A DNA stretch of 60,817 nucleotides, filler included, from 8 parts of 8 records of this genome joined end to end with filler, not necessarily neighbours in it; one strand, 5' to 3'. Positions 1 through 11,179 are shown, counted from the whole stretch's first letter. Notes: generated by a model from the sequence alone, not told the origin. Numbers and translations: made by a program.

Positions 1-1141
1 CTCAATTCAATGTCTTCATTGAACCGGTAAGTCAGCCCCGGACTGACATGCCAGGTCTTCTCGTCCGTTTTCCCGCTGACATCCGCACTGTCATCGCTTT
101 TATTGAAGAAAAAACCAACGGACAGGTAACTGCTTAATTCATAGTTCAATTTTCGAGACAGATAAGTTGTTAAAGATGTTTTTTGAATGGGCCCGTCCTG
201 GCCGGAAACTGTGGACACATCGTGCGCTGCCTTAAGGTTCCACTGGAAATACTGATCATGATAACCGAGAGAAACCTGACCGACCCCTCCCCAGCTGTCA
301 CTCTTTTTACTTGTTGTAACCAACCGCGGAAAAATACCGTCAAACACCAGTTCAGTAACATCATATTCAGACTCGTTGTAGCGAACCCCGCCGGACACAT
401 CCAATGACCACTTCTCTTTCAAATCGGCCTTCAGGCCCAACTGCACCGCGTAGTAATCGACTGTGGAGATTTTGTCGTCCCTTTGGTCGTCGAAATAATC
501 GGAATGGGTGTACTGAAAGACCCCCGGCTCGAAACAGTCGGTGTGTGTGAATGCACAATACTTATCCCGATTCCATGGGATTCAGTGTCGTAGGAATCCG
601 AACTGTCAAAATCCTCCCGACTGTACTGGCAATTGACGGATCCGATGGTGGTTTCATCAAAACGCCAGCTTGCGCCCCCGGTATAATTCTGCCGTTCACG
701 GCGCACCGCGGAAAATACGATTCCGGTCACATCCAGATCTCTGTCCGGCTGGGAATCACGAAGATATAGCGCACTGCCCGAGAGCCCGAAACGTTCCGTA
801 GTCTGATAATCAAGATTCAAGCGATATTGCTGGTCAACCGCATCAAGGTCTGAATAATCCAGGTATCTGTTGATATCGAACCTGGAAAAAATGATGTTTG
901 TCAATCGCTCAGAACGCCAGTCCCAGGAAAGCCCCCCCGATAAAATGGTCTGGAAATCTTCCGCCGGATCTTTGCTTTCCAAAAAGATATTGTCATTGTA
1001 CTTTTCTTGAAGTTCCAGAAAAGGTATCAGGCGATTGGCCCCGGCTTTGACATCGGCAGGAATGAAAACCATCAAGACCAGTCCCATAAAAAACAACCGA
1101 AGGAAATAGGGGCTGTAATTAGGACTTGGGGCACGATTCAT
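1..1141 (-). CDS. Outer-membrane beta-barrel protein of polysaccharide export (EpsX/BBP2-like); 3' end runs off the window; frameshift at the C5 run 521-525
   Basis: Signal peptide followed by 'PFLELQEKYNDNIF' and alternating aromatic beta-strands. Adding one base at 521-525 gives an open frame to position 1 (...FQYTHSDYFDD...WHVSPGLTYRFNEDIEL). Lies directly downstream of the OPX gene. Confidence 0.75.
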
Positions 1142-1166
1142 CCACTGAAAACCAAATTGAAACGTA

Positions 1167-2445
1167 TCAGGGGACAATGACGACATCTCCCCGTTTCAGA
1201 TGAATGTTTTCCTGGAGATTTTTTCCTTTTACGACATGTTTGTAGTTAAAGGGGTAGGTTATCGTGCTGTCCCCCTGCTGACGCATGATCTTGATGCTGC
1301 TCGTTTTGGCATAAGGGTTGAGTCCCCCGGCCATGGCCAGCGCCTGAAGCACGCTGATATTGGAGCTCATGGCATAACGTCCCGGCCTGTTCACCCTTCC
1401 CAGGACGTAGATCATCAGACTGTTCGCCTGTTGAACCTCCAAGTAGAGAACAGGATCCGGAACGTATCGGCTTATTTTTTTCGAGTTCGTTTTTCAGCTC
1501 GGAAACAGTTTTCCCTTCCGCCCTGATCTGGCCGATCAGCGGATAGGAAAAGGTACCGTCAGGAGAGACTATCACCCTGCGGCTCAGGGCTTCATCTTTC
1601 CAGACCGAGATATCGAGGACATCTCCAGATCCGATCACATAGCTCTGGGGAATCGGGGCGGACGGCAATTGCTCATCCTTATTTTCCGCGACCTGAACTT
1701 CGAGAACAGGAGAAGCGACAGCCTGTGCGGCGACGGGGGCAAGGGTATTTTTCTGTGAGACTTTCCGATCCAGGTCGCTTGTCAAACTTTCCAACTGAGC
1801 GTTTTTCTCCAGAACCCGGGTTGAATAATCGATGACTTCATGTTCCAGATTTTTCAAATTCCTTTCCTGCGCTGACAAGACCGCAGCATTCTTGCTTAAT
1901 TCCTCATTCACGCGCTCCAGTTCGGCCTGCTGGGCGAGTATCCGCGTCGATAAATCAATCACCTCTTTTTCCGCCTGCTGACGTCTCAAGCTGAACTGTT
2001 CAAGCTCATCCAGGGTTTTTTCGCGTTCAGCCCTCTTGCCTTCCCAGGCTCTTTTTGCCGCACCCACTTTGGCTCCAAGGCGCGAGGCTTCTGCCTGTTC
2101 CCTGACCGCCGCCTGCCGGACTTTCTCCAGCTGTTCGATTTCCGCATTGAGCTGGCGGCTGTTCCTGCCCCTCTCTTCCAGCTGCCTCTGAGTTTTGCGC
2201 CGGGCTTTTCTTTCAAACTCCAGAGCTTCGATCAGCTTCTCCCGGGAAAGGGATGAATCCCTGAAATCAACGAAATCGCCCTGGGGGTCGTTCCAGAGGC
2301 CCATATTGGCGGCGGAAACGGTTTCCGCCTGAGATTGAATAAAAGAACCGGTGATGAATGCCGCTGAAATCAACATGGTAACAAAAAACTTCATAACGAA
2401 AGCCCTGGCAGATATCTTATTGACGGGTTGTAAATTGGAATTCAT
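1167..2445 (-). CDS. wza: Polysaccharide export protein (short OPX/Wza-like: Poly_export + SLBB) with long N-terminal coiled coil; frameshift at the T7 run 1475-1481
   Basis: 'YVIGSGDVLDISVWKDEALSRRVIVSPDGTFSYPLIGQIRAEGKTVSEL' in ORF 1246-2445 continues in another frame as 'IYVLGRVNRPGRY...LQALAMAGGL...NIHLKRGDVVIVP' (ORF 1167-1442). Confidence 0.85.
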
Positions 2446-4846
2446 GCGGACGTGATCTGTTTAAGGACCCGCTCCGCTTCCTCTCGTCCATCAAAACTTT
2501 TTTCAGCCTGTAGAGATTTTTCAAGATAAATCCTGGCTTGATCCGATTGGCCAAGCCTGTGTAAAGCCATCCCGAGATGGTAATTGATAATAGCGACTTG
2601 CGGGGCTTTCTCCTGGGCTTTTTTCAGCCAGGTCCGAGCCTCTTCAAAATCGCCTTTCCGGTAATGAATCCAGCCCAGAGTGTCGACGACCGACCCTGTA
2701 TGGGGTTTAATTTTAATCGCTTTTTCAGCCCATTCGAGGGCTTCATTGAACCCTTGTTCATCAACAGCCCTCTGGCCGAGGAGAAACGCCAGATCATTGG
2801 CAGCGGACCAGTTGTTCGGATTCTTCTCCAGAGCCTGACGATAGACCCGTATCGCCTCTTCTTGCCGGTTTTCCAGGACATAGATCTGCCCGAGCGTATT
2901 GTAAGCGGAATGGTTGCCGGGGTTATTTCTGATCGCCTCGTTCAGAACAGCAATAACTTTTTCTTTTTTCTCCTGCAGAAGCAGAACCCTGCTGAGATTA
3001 TTCCATGGGACCGGCCACTTTGGCTCCAGATGGAGCGTTTTCCTGAAAGCGGATTCTGCCCCCGGCCAATCTTTTCGGGCCATCAGGACTTCTCCGAGCA
3101 TGTTCTGGATAAAGGGGTTGTCGCTTTTCGCCTTCAGACGGGAACGACAGAACTGTTCAGCCTCTTCCATTTTCCCGGATTTGAGATATTGCCGGATCAG
3201 GGCTCCGGCCAGCAAATTTGATTCAGGAAGTTCCTCGGCCCCCTTTTCCAATTGTTCCAGGGCCTTTTCCGCATGCCCCTGCTTCAGTTCAAGGTCAGAA
3301 AGCTTCAGATACCCCACCGGTGCCTGACGGGTATCTTTCAGCACACCTTTGTAGACTTCTTCAGCACCCTGGTATTCTTTGGAAGCTGCCAGAAGATCAC
3401 CGAGTTCCATCCGCAAAGCCGTATTCTCAGGATCACTCTCAATGAGGTGCTGATAAAATAATTGCGCCTGGCCCAAGTCCCCAGTGGAACCATGGAATCT
3501 GGCCAGAGCCATGTTGAGTTCCATGGATTCGGGATGCTGAAGTAGAGCTTTTTCAAGAACATCCCGGGCCAGGTTGTTTTCCCCGTTCAGGACATGAGCC
3601 TGGGAGAGCCCGATGTGGCCGAGGATCAATTGTGGATTCTCCTGAACAACCGTCCGAAATTCAGGAACAGCATTGACTCCATCCTTGCGCTCGAGCAACA
3701 TGCTTCCTTTCAGAAAATGGGCCTCCACATTAGCCGGACTGTTTTTCAGAACCAGACCGACATGTTCTTCGGCGGAATCAACATCGCCCTTCTGCAGAAA
3801 TATCCGTGCCATGGCATTGCGTGCAAGGACAACCTGAGGATGGTCATCCTTTTCACCCAGATGCAGGCATTCCTGAAGAACGTCCAATGCTTCATCAGGT
3901 TGTTTGGAAACTTTCAGGAGGAAATCGGAAAGCGCGAGGCGAAGTTGGATGTTTTCGGGATTGACGGATATCCCTTTTTTAAGGATGCTCTCGGCTTTAT
4001 CGGCCTGCTTATGCCTGACAAAAAATTCCGCAACACCCACATACCGCTTATCATCCTCCGAATCGGAACTTAAAAACCCGTTGAGAGTGGCCGCCGCTTC
4101 CTCTCTGCGTTCGGCTTCCCAGTACATCCCGGAAAGAAGAAAAATGATTTGGGGATTGTCCCGGTCAATTTTCCAGGCTTCCTCGATTAGCTTGATAGCC
4201 CGTTCCTTGTCATTGCGAGCCCGAGCCCTCTCAGTCAGAGCCAACCGGATGGGCAAAGAATCCGGGTTCGCCGTCAGGCCCTCTTCCAGAACATTTTCCG
4301 CTTTATCCGCATACCCCAGGTTGAGGTAGATGGTTCCAAGAAGCAGAATGACATCCGGGGTGTGAATGCCTTTTTTATACAATGCCTCAAAATGGGGGGC
4401 GGCTTTGTCGAATTCCTTGGTCGCAACCCAGACGGCCCCTTTCAACAGTTGGGCTTCCTGGTTGGCGGGATCTTTTTCCAGAACAAGATCCGCTTTTTCC
4501 ATAGCCTTTTCCGGTACCTTGCTGCCAAGGAAAATTTTCCCCATTTCCACATGCGCCGCCCATTGTTCGGGATCCAACTCAATCGCTTTTTGGAAGTTGC
4601 CGAAAGCAGCTTTCCACTTTTTTCCGCAACAGCGACCTTGCCGAGCATGGTATAGGCGTCGGCAAACTTCAGGTCGATCTGCACGGCGTTCTTGAACTCA
4701 AGACCTGCCTTGGTGTATTCACCCTGTTCAAACAGAACCATCCCCTTGTCGAAGAACTTCATTTTCTTCTCTTCGGGGCCGCTGCAGCCAAGGATCATGG
4801 AAAAGACCAGAAGAAAGCCTATCGGGACAGAAAAGAGCTTGCGCAT
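2442..4846 (-). CDS. TPR-repeat lipoprotein (PrsT-like, EPS/PEP-CTERM associated); frameshift at the T6 run 4618-4623
   Basis: Lipobox 'ILGC' and 'EEKKMKFFDKG...AGLEFKNAVQID' in ORF 4442-4846 join the 711-aa TPR ORF. C-terminus 'DTLGWIHYRKG...INYHLGMAL' is typical of this family. Confidence 0.8.
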
Positions 4847-4880
4847 GTGAGCACCTCTTATTGTTGTGAGTTAAAATGGA

Positions 4881-4925
4881 TAACCCGGACTATTCATGAA
4901 ATCTCATGATGAATAAGCCGGGTTA
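4881..4925. repeat. Intergenic inverted repeat (17-bp arms, 15/17 match), beginning and ending in TA
   Basis: TAACCCGGACTATTCAT (4881-4897) and ATGAATAAGCCGGGTTA (4909-4925). Confidence 0.7.
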
Positions 4926-4985
4926 ACCGGGAGCCTGTTATGTAGGAGAAATTTGTCAGGGGAGTGTTAGATTAGCTTAAGGAGA

Positions 4986-6623
4986 TTATTGGAGAAAAGC
5001 TCGGCCGCCTGTGACCAAGAGCATGGCAAGAACCAGCCATTCCAGGCGCCCGAACTTTCCCCTCATTTCCACAAGCCAGACCTCGACAGCGAAAAAAAGG
5101 GCCACTGTCTGTGCAGCTATGCCAATCATCAGGCCCGAAGAGACAGAGTCGGCTATCGGCATGTTTGGCACCGTCAGGGCGATTAAAAGGATCAGATAAT
5201 CCAGTGGGGTTCCTTTATAACCTTTACGCCGGGTATACCGAATCACCAAAAACATCAGCATGACCAGGACGCCGAAAAGCACCGTCATTACCGACCATGC
5301 AGTCTTCTCAGGTCCGAAAGACTTTTCCATGTCCGTCAGATACAGCAGGAAAGGTACAACCAGGAAAGTACCGAGACGGAGGGCCATTCCCAGCCATTTC
5401 TGAATCAACAAATGTGTCAAAGCCAGCAACGCCGCCAGTCCGAAGCTCAAAAGCCCCAACCATAGCGGGATCTCAACGGGAGCGAAAACAATCAAAACCA
5501 AAATGACTGTTGCACAGATCTGGAGGCCTGGAAAAGAAACACGAATCAACATTTCATGGCTTTTCAACGGCCTGAGAGTACCCATGACCCCTTTTGCCCA
5601 GAAACCTTGCCTGTCCAGACTCCAGTGATATTTTTCCGACAGGTGCAAAGCAGATAAAACAAAAAAGGAAAAGAGCAGGTAGCCCCACAAAAGAAGCCAA
5701 TCCGAAAAAAACCTCAGCAGGAAAGCTGCCACCGTCAGTCCGGTCTGAAGGATATAAATAATCAGGACCGATTCCGAATGCCTAAAACCGATCTTGAGAA
5801 GCTTATGATGAAAGTGGTTCTTGTCAGGAGAAAAAAGGGGCAGCCCGTGGGATTTCCGCTCCAGCATCACCCTCAGGGTATCGAGGATAGGGAAACCGAG
5901 CAGCAGCAGGGCAACCAGCGGGCTGTAAAGCGTCCTCTGGGTCAGGTAAAGGGCCAGAACAACCCCCAGAAAACCCAAAAGCTGGCTGCCGGCATCCCCC
6001 ATGAATACCGTAGCCGGATGGGTGTTGAAACGCAAAAATCCGAAGATAGCGCCGCACATGGCCACGGAAATCAAAGTCAGGCCGATTTTCCCCGCAAAGT
6101 AGGCCAGAAAAGTCAGGCACACGAAACTCAGCAGGGAAATCCCGCCGGCCAGACCATCCAGTCCGTCCGAAAGGTTAATGGCATTGGTCACACCGACGAT
6201 CACAAATATCGTCAGCGGTATCGACAGGACATCCGGAAGAATGAATCCTTCCGGAGCGAGACTACCGAAAGAGTAGATGCGGACATCAGCGAAAACGACA
6301 ACAATGAGAGCGGCAGCCAACTGGACGACTATTTTGCTGCGTGGGTGGAGGTCCCTGAGATCGTCAAAAAAACCGAAGCCGACGATGAGGGCACAGGAGA
6401 CAAAAAGAGGCTGAACCAGAGGTTCATGGGGCGCCCAGAACACCAGGGGAATCAGGGCACCAACCGCCATGGCAAGGCCCCCGGTCCTGGCCATCGGCTG
6501 CGCGTGCACCTTGCGCTCGTTGGGGATATCGACCGCCTGATAATGAAGAGCCAGTTTGCGGAAGATCGGAACCAGCGCCAGAGTCACAAACAGCGAAAGG
6601 AGGAGTGTGCCGAAATACTGCAT
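4986..6623 (-). CDS. wecA: Undecaprenyl-phosphate alpha-GlcNAc-1-phosphate transferase (WecA/TagO/MraY family) with extra C-terminal membrane region
   Basis: Motifs 'DIPNERKVH', 'GGLA', 'GFFDD', 'NAINLSDGLDGLA', 'FMGDAGS', 'DKNHFHH'. ATG at 6623 chosen as start. Confidence 0.85.
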   Translation of the reverse strand: MQYFGTLLLSLFVTLALVPIFRKLALHYQAVDIPNERKVHAQPMARTGGLAMAVGALIPLVFWAPHEPLVQPLFVSCALIVGFGFFDDLRDLHPRSKIVVQLAAALIVVVFADVRIYSFGSLAPEGFILPDVLSIPLTIFVIVGVTNAINLSDGLDGLAGGISLLSFVCLTFLAYFAGKIGLTLISVAMCGAIFGFLRFNTHPATVFMGDAGSQLLGFLGVVLALYLTQRTLYSPLVALLLLGFPILDTLRVMLERKSHGLPLFSPDKNHFHHKLLKIGFRHSESVLIIYILQTGLTVAAFLLRFFSDWLLLWGYLLFSFFVLSALHLSEKYHWSLDRQGFWAKGVMGTLRPLKSHEMLIRVSFPGLQICATVILVLIVFAPVEIPLWLGLLSFGLAALLALTHLLIQKWLGMALRLGTFLVVPFLLYLTDMEKSFGPEKTAWSVMTVLFGVLVMLMFLVIRYTRRKGYKGTPLDYLILLIALTVPNMPIADSVSSGLMIGIAAQTVALFFAVEVWLVEMRGKFGRLEWLVLAMLLVTGGRAFLQ

Positions 6624-6930
6624 TGCTTGGCTAGCCCTCAAAAAAATTGTCTATACAGAAATAACGGCCGGAACTTCGCGATGTAAGGAAATCTGTTTTT
6701 TCAAGTTTTTTAAAAGCAAATATATTACAGCGCAGGAAGAGATCCAGGCCTTCCTGCTGTTGATTAAAATGTAAAAACAACAGTGGTCACCTGCTTACAT
6801 TTGAAAAAACGGAACGGGAGAGAAAATAATTTGAAAACATTAGGGAAAGATTTGAAGCAAGTTTTAATTCCATTGCACCTTTTTGTTTAAAAAGCTTTGA
6901 AGCGTACCCGACACATCCTGAACAAATTTT

Positions 6931-7030
6931 NNNNNNNNNNNNNNNNNNNNNNNNNNNNNNNNNNNNNNNNNNNNTTAATTAATTAANNNNNNNNNNNNNN
7001 NNNNNNNNNNNNNNNNNNNNNNNNNNNNNN
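6931..7030. other. Artificial contig linker (44N-TTAATTAATTAA-44N)
   Basis: Six-frame-stop spacer, identical at seven positions. Confidence 0.98.
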
Positions 7031-7608
7031 CCCTGGCTTTCGAGCCGCTTCACAATCTCCCTGTTCTTTCTTCCCTGAGGCACGTTTTTATCTTCCATCA
7101 CCTCTACTTTGATATCGCTGACCACATTGCTCACCAGCTCATCGACGGTTGAAGGATGATGCTCTTTGACAATTACACTGCTGCTCCGTTCTGATGGGAT
7201 GAAGTTGTCCATGATCTCCGAGAAAGAGGTATCAAGGTAAAAGTTGATGCAGAGCAATCCAATAATATTGCCCTTCTCCCCTTCTATGGCAATAGTGGAT
7301 GATTTCATGGGCGCGCCGTTCTTGTTCACAGTAAAGTACGATTTGTAGGTTTCGGATTTCTGCTCCCGTATCTCCAACATCATCCGTAATGCCAGGTCGG
7401 TGATGGGGGCACCTTCGGATCGCCCGGTGTAGTGCCCGTTAATGATTTTGATAACCGAGTGATCCAGATTCTCCAGACTGTGCAGTACGAACTCGTACCC
7501 CGCGCCAAGATAATCGGCTAAACCGTCCAGCATATCCCGATAGGATGCCAGGATGCGCCTGTCGATATGAGTAAGTTCTGTTACTGCTTCTCTATACTCG
7601 GTATTCAC
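7031..7608 (-). CDS. YheO/DauR-like PAS_6 + HTH_22 transcriptional regulator (3'-truncated)
   Basis: 'DGLADYLGAGYEFVLHSLENLDHSVIKIINGHYTGRSEGAPITDLAL', 'KSSTIAI', 'GLLCINFYLD'; adjacent to RidA. Confidence 0.88.
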
Positions 7609-7612
7609 TTCA

Positions 7613-7996
7613 TTAACCCACTGCTATGGCATCTATTTCAACAAGGGCGTCTTTCGGCAGCCTTGCAACTTCAACAGCAGCTCGGGCCGGAAGTCCTTCG
7701 GTAAAGAAGGAGGCATATATTTCATTCATCAGGGCAAAGGTTCCCATATCTTTCAGGAATACGGTTGCTCGTACTACATTGTTTAAATCCATTCCGGACT
7801 CTTCAAGGATGGCCTTGATATTAAGAATGGACTGCCGGGTCTGAGATTGAATATCTTCTCCGGCAAATTGACCGGTAGCCGGATCTACGGGGAGCTGTCC
7901 CGATACAAATATCATCTTCCCGCCGCTTACCTCCACGGCCTGAGAATAGGGGCCTATAGCGGCCGGTGCTTTCTCTGTACTGATCAGTTTTTTCAT
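7613..7996 (-). CDS. ridA: RidA/YjgF/UK114 reactive imine/enamine deaminase
   Basis: 'APAAIGPYSQAV', 'SGQLPVDP', 'PARAAVEVARLPKDALVEIDAIA'. Confidence 0.95.
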   Translation of the reverse strand: MKKLISTEKAPAAIGPYSQAVEVSGGKMIFVSGQLPVDPATGQFAGEDIQSQTRQSILNIKAILEESGMDLNNVVRATVFLKDMGTFALMNEIYASFFTEGLPARAAVEVARLPKDALVEIDAIAVG

Positions 7997-8025
7997 ATTA
8001 CATACTCTCCTTTGTCTGTTTTATG

Positions 8026-9267
8026 CTATTGCTGCCGGTTGGGTTCACCGGTTTTTTTCATTATGCTGGCAACCGCCTTCTCCAGACGATCCATTGCCTC
8101 TTCAAGAATTCCACGGCTTGTGGCGAAGCAGAGTCGGATGAAACCTTTCGCTCCTGGTCCGAAGAATTTTTCTGTTCCCGGCACCAAAGCCAACTTCTCC
8201 TGCTCCATCACGTAATCGACAAAAGCAGGACTCTCCATACCGGTTCCGGTAATATTGATGAACAGCAAGTAGGTTGCCTCGGGAGTTCTGCAGTTGAGCC
8301 CCGGCATCTTTCGAATGCGCTCCAACGCGTAATCACGATTGGCGGCAAGATGCCCGATAAACGCATCAAGCCAGTAGTTTGCTTCACGCATACAGGCTAT
8401 TCCGGCTACCTGAGAAAGCGACGAGATACCACCGGCAGTGGACATGACATCGGAACATTCCACAACTTTTCCAAATACTTCCTGATCAAAACCATAAATA
8501 CAGCCGATGCGTAATCCGGCTAATCCAAAGCTTTTCGAAAAACCGTAGACCGTCACTACCCTGCCGTTTCTGGCCGGATCGATGGACAGAATGCTAAGAA
8601 ACTGATTATCTGGAAAAACGATATCGGACCAGATTTCGTCGTTCATAATGTAGAGATCATGCTTTTCCGCCAGGTCAAGCAGATGCTGCAGACCTTCTAC
8701 GGTATAGAGCGCTCCCAGGGGGTTGTGCGGATTACAGAGACCGATCATTTTCGTTTTGGGAGTTATATATTCTTCGATATCCGAGACATCGATCCGGTCA
8801 TTTTTCACCTTGGCAGGATAGAGAACCGGTACCGCGCCCGCGGATAGAGCCGACTCCTTGAAGAGATAATCAACGGGATCAAAGATTATCACTTCATCAC
8901 CGGGCTGCAGCAGTGCTTGGGAGATGACATACATGCCCCGCGCGGCACTGTCGATTGGCAGAATCATCTCCTCGTCCAGTATAATACCTTTTCGTTTTTG
9001 AATCCCCTCGGCAATACTTGAAATGAACCCCGGCATGCCTCTCTTGGGCGTATAGGAGAAATAGCCGCTCTCTATATATGCAAGCAGAGCTTCCCGAATC
9101 TCGGGAGCTGACGGGAAATCGGAATCCGCCGCCGTGAGGGGAATCACACCTTCCGGCACCTCTGCCCAACGGTAGTTGAATGCCCGTTCTTTGAGGATGC
9201 TCATGTTCACCTGATTGTCTTTGAACAGGTCCTGTATGTGTATATTTTCCGGTGTGCTGTCTTTCAT
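8026..9267 (-). CDS. PLP-dependent class I/II aminotransferase or C-S lyase (MalY/PatB-like)
   Basis: 'IPLTAADSDF', 'LCNPHNPLG', 'DEIWSD', 'SKSFGLAGLRIG', 'FIRLCFA'. Confidence 0.9.
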   Translation of the reverse strand: MKDSTPENIHIQDLFKDNQVNMSILKERAFNYRWAEVPEGVIPLTAADSDFPSAPEIREALLAYIESGYFSYTPKRGMPGFISSIAEGIQKRKGIILDEEMILPIDSAARGMYVISQALLQPGDEVIIFDPVDYLFKESALSAGAVPVLYPAKVKNDRIDVSDIEEYITPKTKMIGLCNPHNPLGALYTVEGLQHLLDLAEKHDLYIMNDEIWSDIVFPDNQFLSILSIDPARNGRVVTVYGFSKSFGLAGLRIGCIYGFDQEVFGKVVECSDVMSTAGGISSLSQVAGIACMREANYWLDAFIGHLAANRDYALERIRKMPGLNCRTPEATYLLFINITGTGMESPAFVDYVMEQEKLALVPGTEKFFGPGAKGFIRLCFATSRGILEEAMDRLEKAVASIMKKTGEPNRQQ

Positions 9268-10604
9268 ATTTCAGTTCCTTCCAATACCAGCTTGCGCAGT
9301 ACTTCGTAGATTACTTGTCCGCCAAAAAAGAGTGACGGCAGGGAGACTTGTTCGTCGTTTCCATGCACCATGGTAAGCACTCTACTGAAGGGCATATCAT
9401 TGAGCATGGGCGAGTAGCCAAATACATCATGGCCGATAAATCTGCCGTCGGTGTTTCCGAGAGCAATCATTGGCAGAAAAACGGGTTCAGGATCCAGGTT
9501 TTTTGATACCTGTTTAATGGTCCGCGAAAAGGCACTCTCCATGTCGGTCAGGTATCCAGGTGTGTAACCGGTCAGGTTCCATTCCACTTGCTCTGTTTTC
9601 AGCAGTTCTGTAAATAGTTTGCGGCACTCTTCTTGCGTGGTTCCTGGAATGAGCTTGAAATCAACTTTTAATTTCAGACCAGGTTGATGGTCATCGCCGG
9701 GATTTTCCGAGCTTCCGGTATTCACCAGGTTATCGGCATCCGTTAAGCTTTCGGCAATTGCCAAGCCATCGGCATCGATATCGAAAGCACAAATCTGCAT
9801 ATCGTTCTTTATCCCGTACTCCCACATATTGCGCAGTGTCGGGTCAGTGTAGGTTGCATCGGGGATTGTATTCTGGAATTCCTGCATGACTTCAGTCACG
9901 ATTTCGGGAGATTTATAGGAACTCAGGCGATTCAACAGACTGTTTGCTTTTTCCATGAGTTGGCTGGTGCTGAGTTCTGCCTCTCTGTTTATGGTTATTT
10001 CAAGTGTGCATTTCCCTTTTTCACCACAGACGCAGTATCGGTAATCAATACCATTCTGGCTGACAATGAAACCGCCGCCTTCGCTTATAGTCCATGCGTT
10101 TCCAGGAAAGTATTCAGGATATGTTTCAGTCAGATACTGCATACCATAGGCACTGCCGCCCTCTTCATCAGCTGAGGCGATAAATATCACGGTTCTGTCG
10201 AATGATCTATTCTCTTTAACCAATAGAAGCAGGGCTATCAGTTCCATAGCTGTCAGCTGCTTGGTATCTATGGTACCCCGGCCATGCAGGTATCCGTCCA
10301 CGACATCACCACTGAACCCGTCAAAACTCCACTCTTCCTGCTTTACCGGCACAACATCGAGATGGGAAAGCAGTAGTATAGGGTTTTTGTCGGTTTTGCC
10401 TTCCACTACGGCTACTAGATTAGAGCGATTGGGGACTTTTTCTATGATACGGCTTTGGATACCAGCTTCCTGCAGAATGTTTTGCAGGTATTCAGCCGCA
10501 GCCCGTTCATTTCCAGGCGGATTGATCGATTTTACACGAATTAGATCCTGCAGGATGCGGGTAAGCTGCTGTTCTGCTGCGGTATTCCACATCGACATAC
10601 TCAC
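9264..10604 (-). CDS. M20 family metallopeptidase/deacylase (ArgE/DapE/ACY1-like)
   Basis: Intact metal ligands: 'SHLDVVP', 'GRGTIDTK', 'ADEE', 'SEGG', 'HGNDE'. Confidence 0.88.
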   Translation of the reverse strand: MSMSMWNTAAEQQLTRILQDLIRVKSINPPGNERAAAEYLQNILQEAGIQSRIIEKVPNRSNLVAVVEGKTDKNPILLLSHLDVVPVKQEEWSFDGFSGDVVDGYLHGRGTIDTKQLTAMELIALLLLVKENRSFDRTVIFIASADEEGGSAYGMQYLTETYPEYFPGNAWTISEGGGFIVSQNGIDYRYCVCGEKGKCTLEITINREAELSTSQLMEKANSLLNRLSSYKSPEIVTEVMQEFQNTIPDATYTDPTLRNMWEYGIKNDMQICAFDIDADGLAIAESLTDADNLVNTGSSENPGDDHQPGLKLKVDFKLIPGTTQEECRKLFTELLKTEQVEWNLTGYTPGYLTDMESAFSRTIKQVSKNLDPEPVFLPMIALGNTDGRFIGHDVFGYSPMLNDMPFSRVLTMVHGNDEQVSLPSLFFGGQVIYEVLRKLVLEGTEI

Positions 10605-10972
10605 ACCTCTTCCCCGTTGTGATCGGCTACACGATAATAGACCTGTGATTTTTGTTTTATATTTTCCAGTTTTACTATTAAGCCGGTAAGATTACTATTT
10701 TTTGATAGTTGAATCTCGACAACTGCCTCACAATTATTTTTCAACTGTGCCCTGTGTCCGCCTGCTACTCGTACTATTCTACCGGAGTACTCTTTAAGTA
10801 AGGATTGAACAGCTCCGGTTAGATTATGCAGTCGGGTATTGGAACAGTAGTAGGGATTATCGTCTTTATAGCGGGGACAGTGCAGAGAGATAGTGAAGGT
10901 TTCCTGATTAGTGTGTTTTTGTCTGCCATCAGCCCCTGAAAGAAGGCTGTTGTTCTTACTTCCCATCTTCAC
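10601..10972 (-). CDS. Hypothetical protein, first gene of the amino-acid catabolism operon
   Basis: 123-aa ORF whose stop overlaps the start of the M20 gene; no recognisable motif. Confidence 0.5.
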   Translation of the reverse strand: MKMGSKNNSLLSGADGRQKHTNQETFTISLHCPRYKDDNPYYCSNTRLHNLTGAVQSLLKEYSGRIVRVAGGHRAQLKNNCEAVVEIQLSKNSNLTGLIVKLENIKQKSQVYYRVADHNGEEV

Positions 10973-11179
10973 CTGTCCTAAACCGGAAGTTCTGCTTTAT
11001 GCTTATGCTTTGGATACAGCACTCTCTGCAGATTTTTCCATCCTTTTCATCCACCAAAACCTTAATTGGTGACTCCAGAATGATCCTATAGTTATAATTT
11101 TTTTTACTGTATTCTCTTTTGCTTTGCGGGCTATCGCTTCATGATGATGTATACAACAACATGTTCGAATGATTGATTT

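Noticed and set aside
5778-6686. 302-aa plus-strand ORF (and other antisense ORFs such as 2577-3221, 3594-4073, 8023-8514, 57289-57744)
   Set aside because: Shadow frames opposite well-supported genes, with no family motifs
6975-6986. TTAATTAATTAA recurring seven times as a possible biological repeat or CRISPR-like unit
   Set aside because: Always centred in N runs; it is a synthetic six-frame-stop linker
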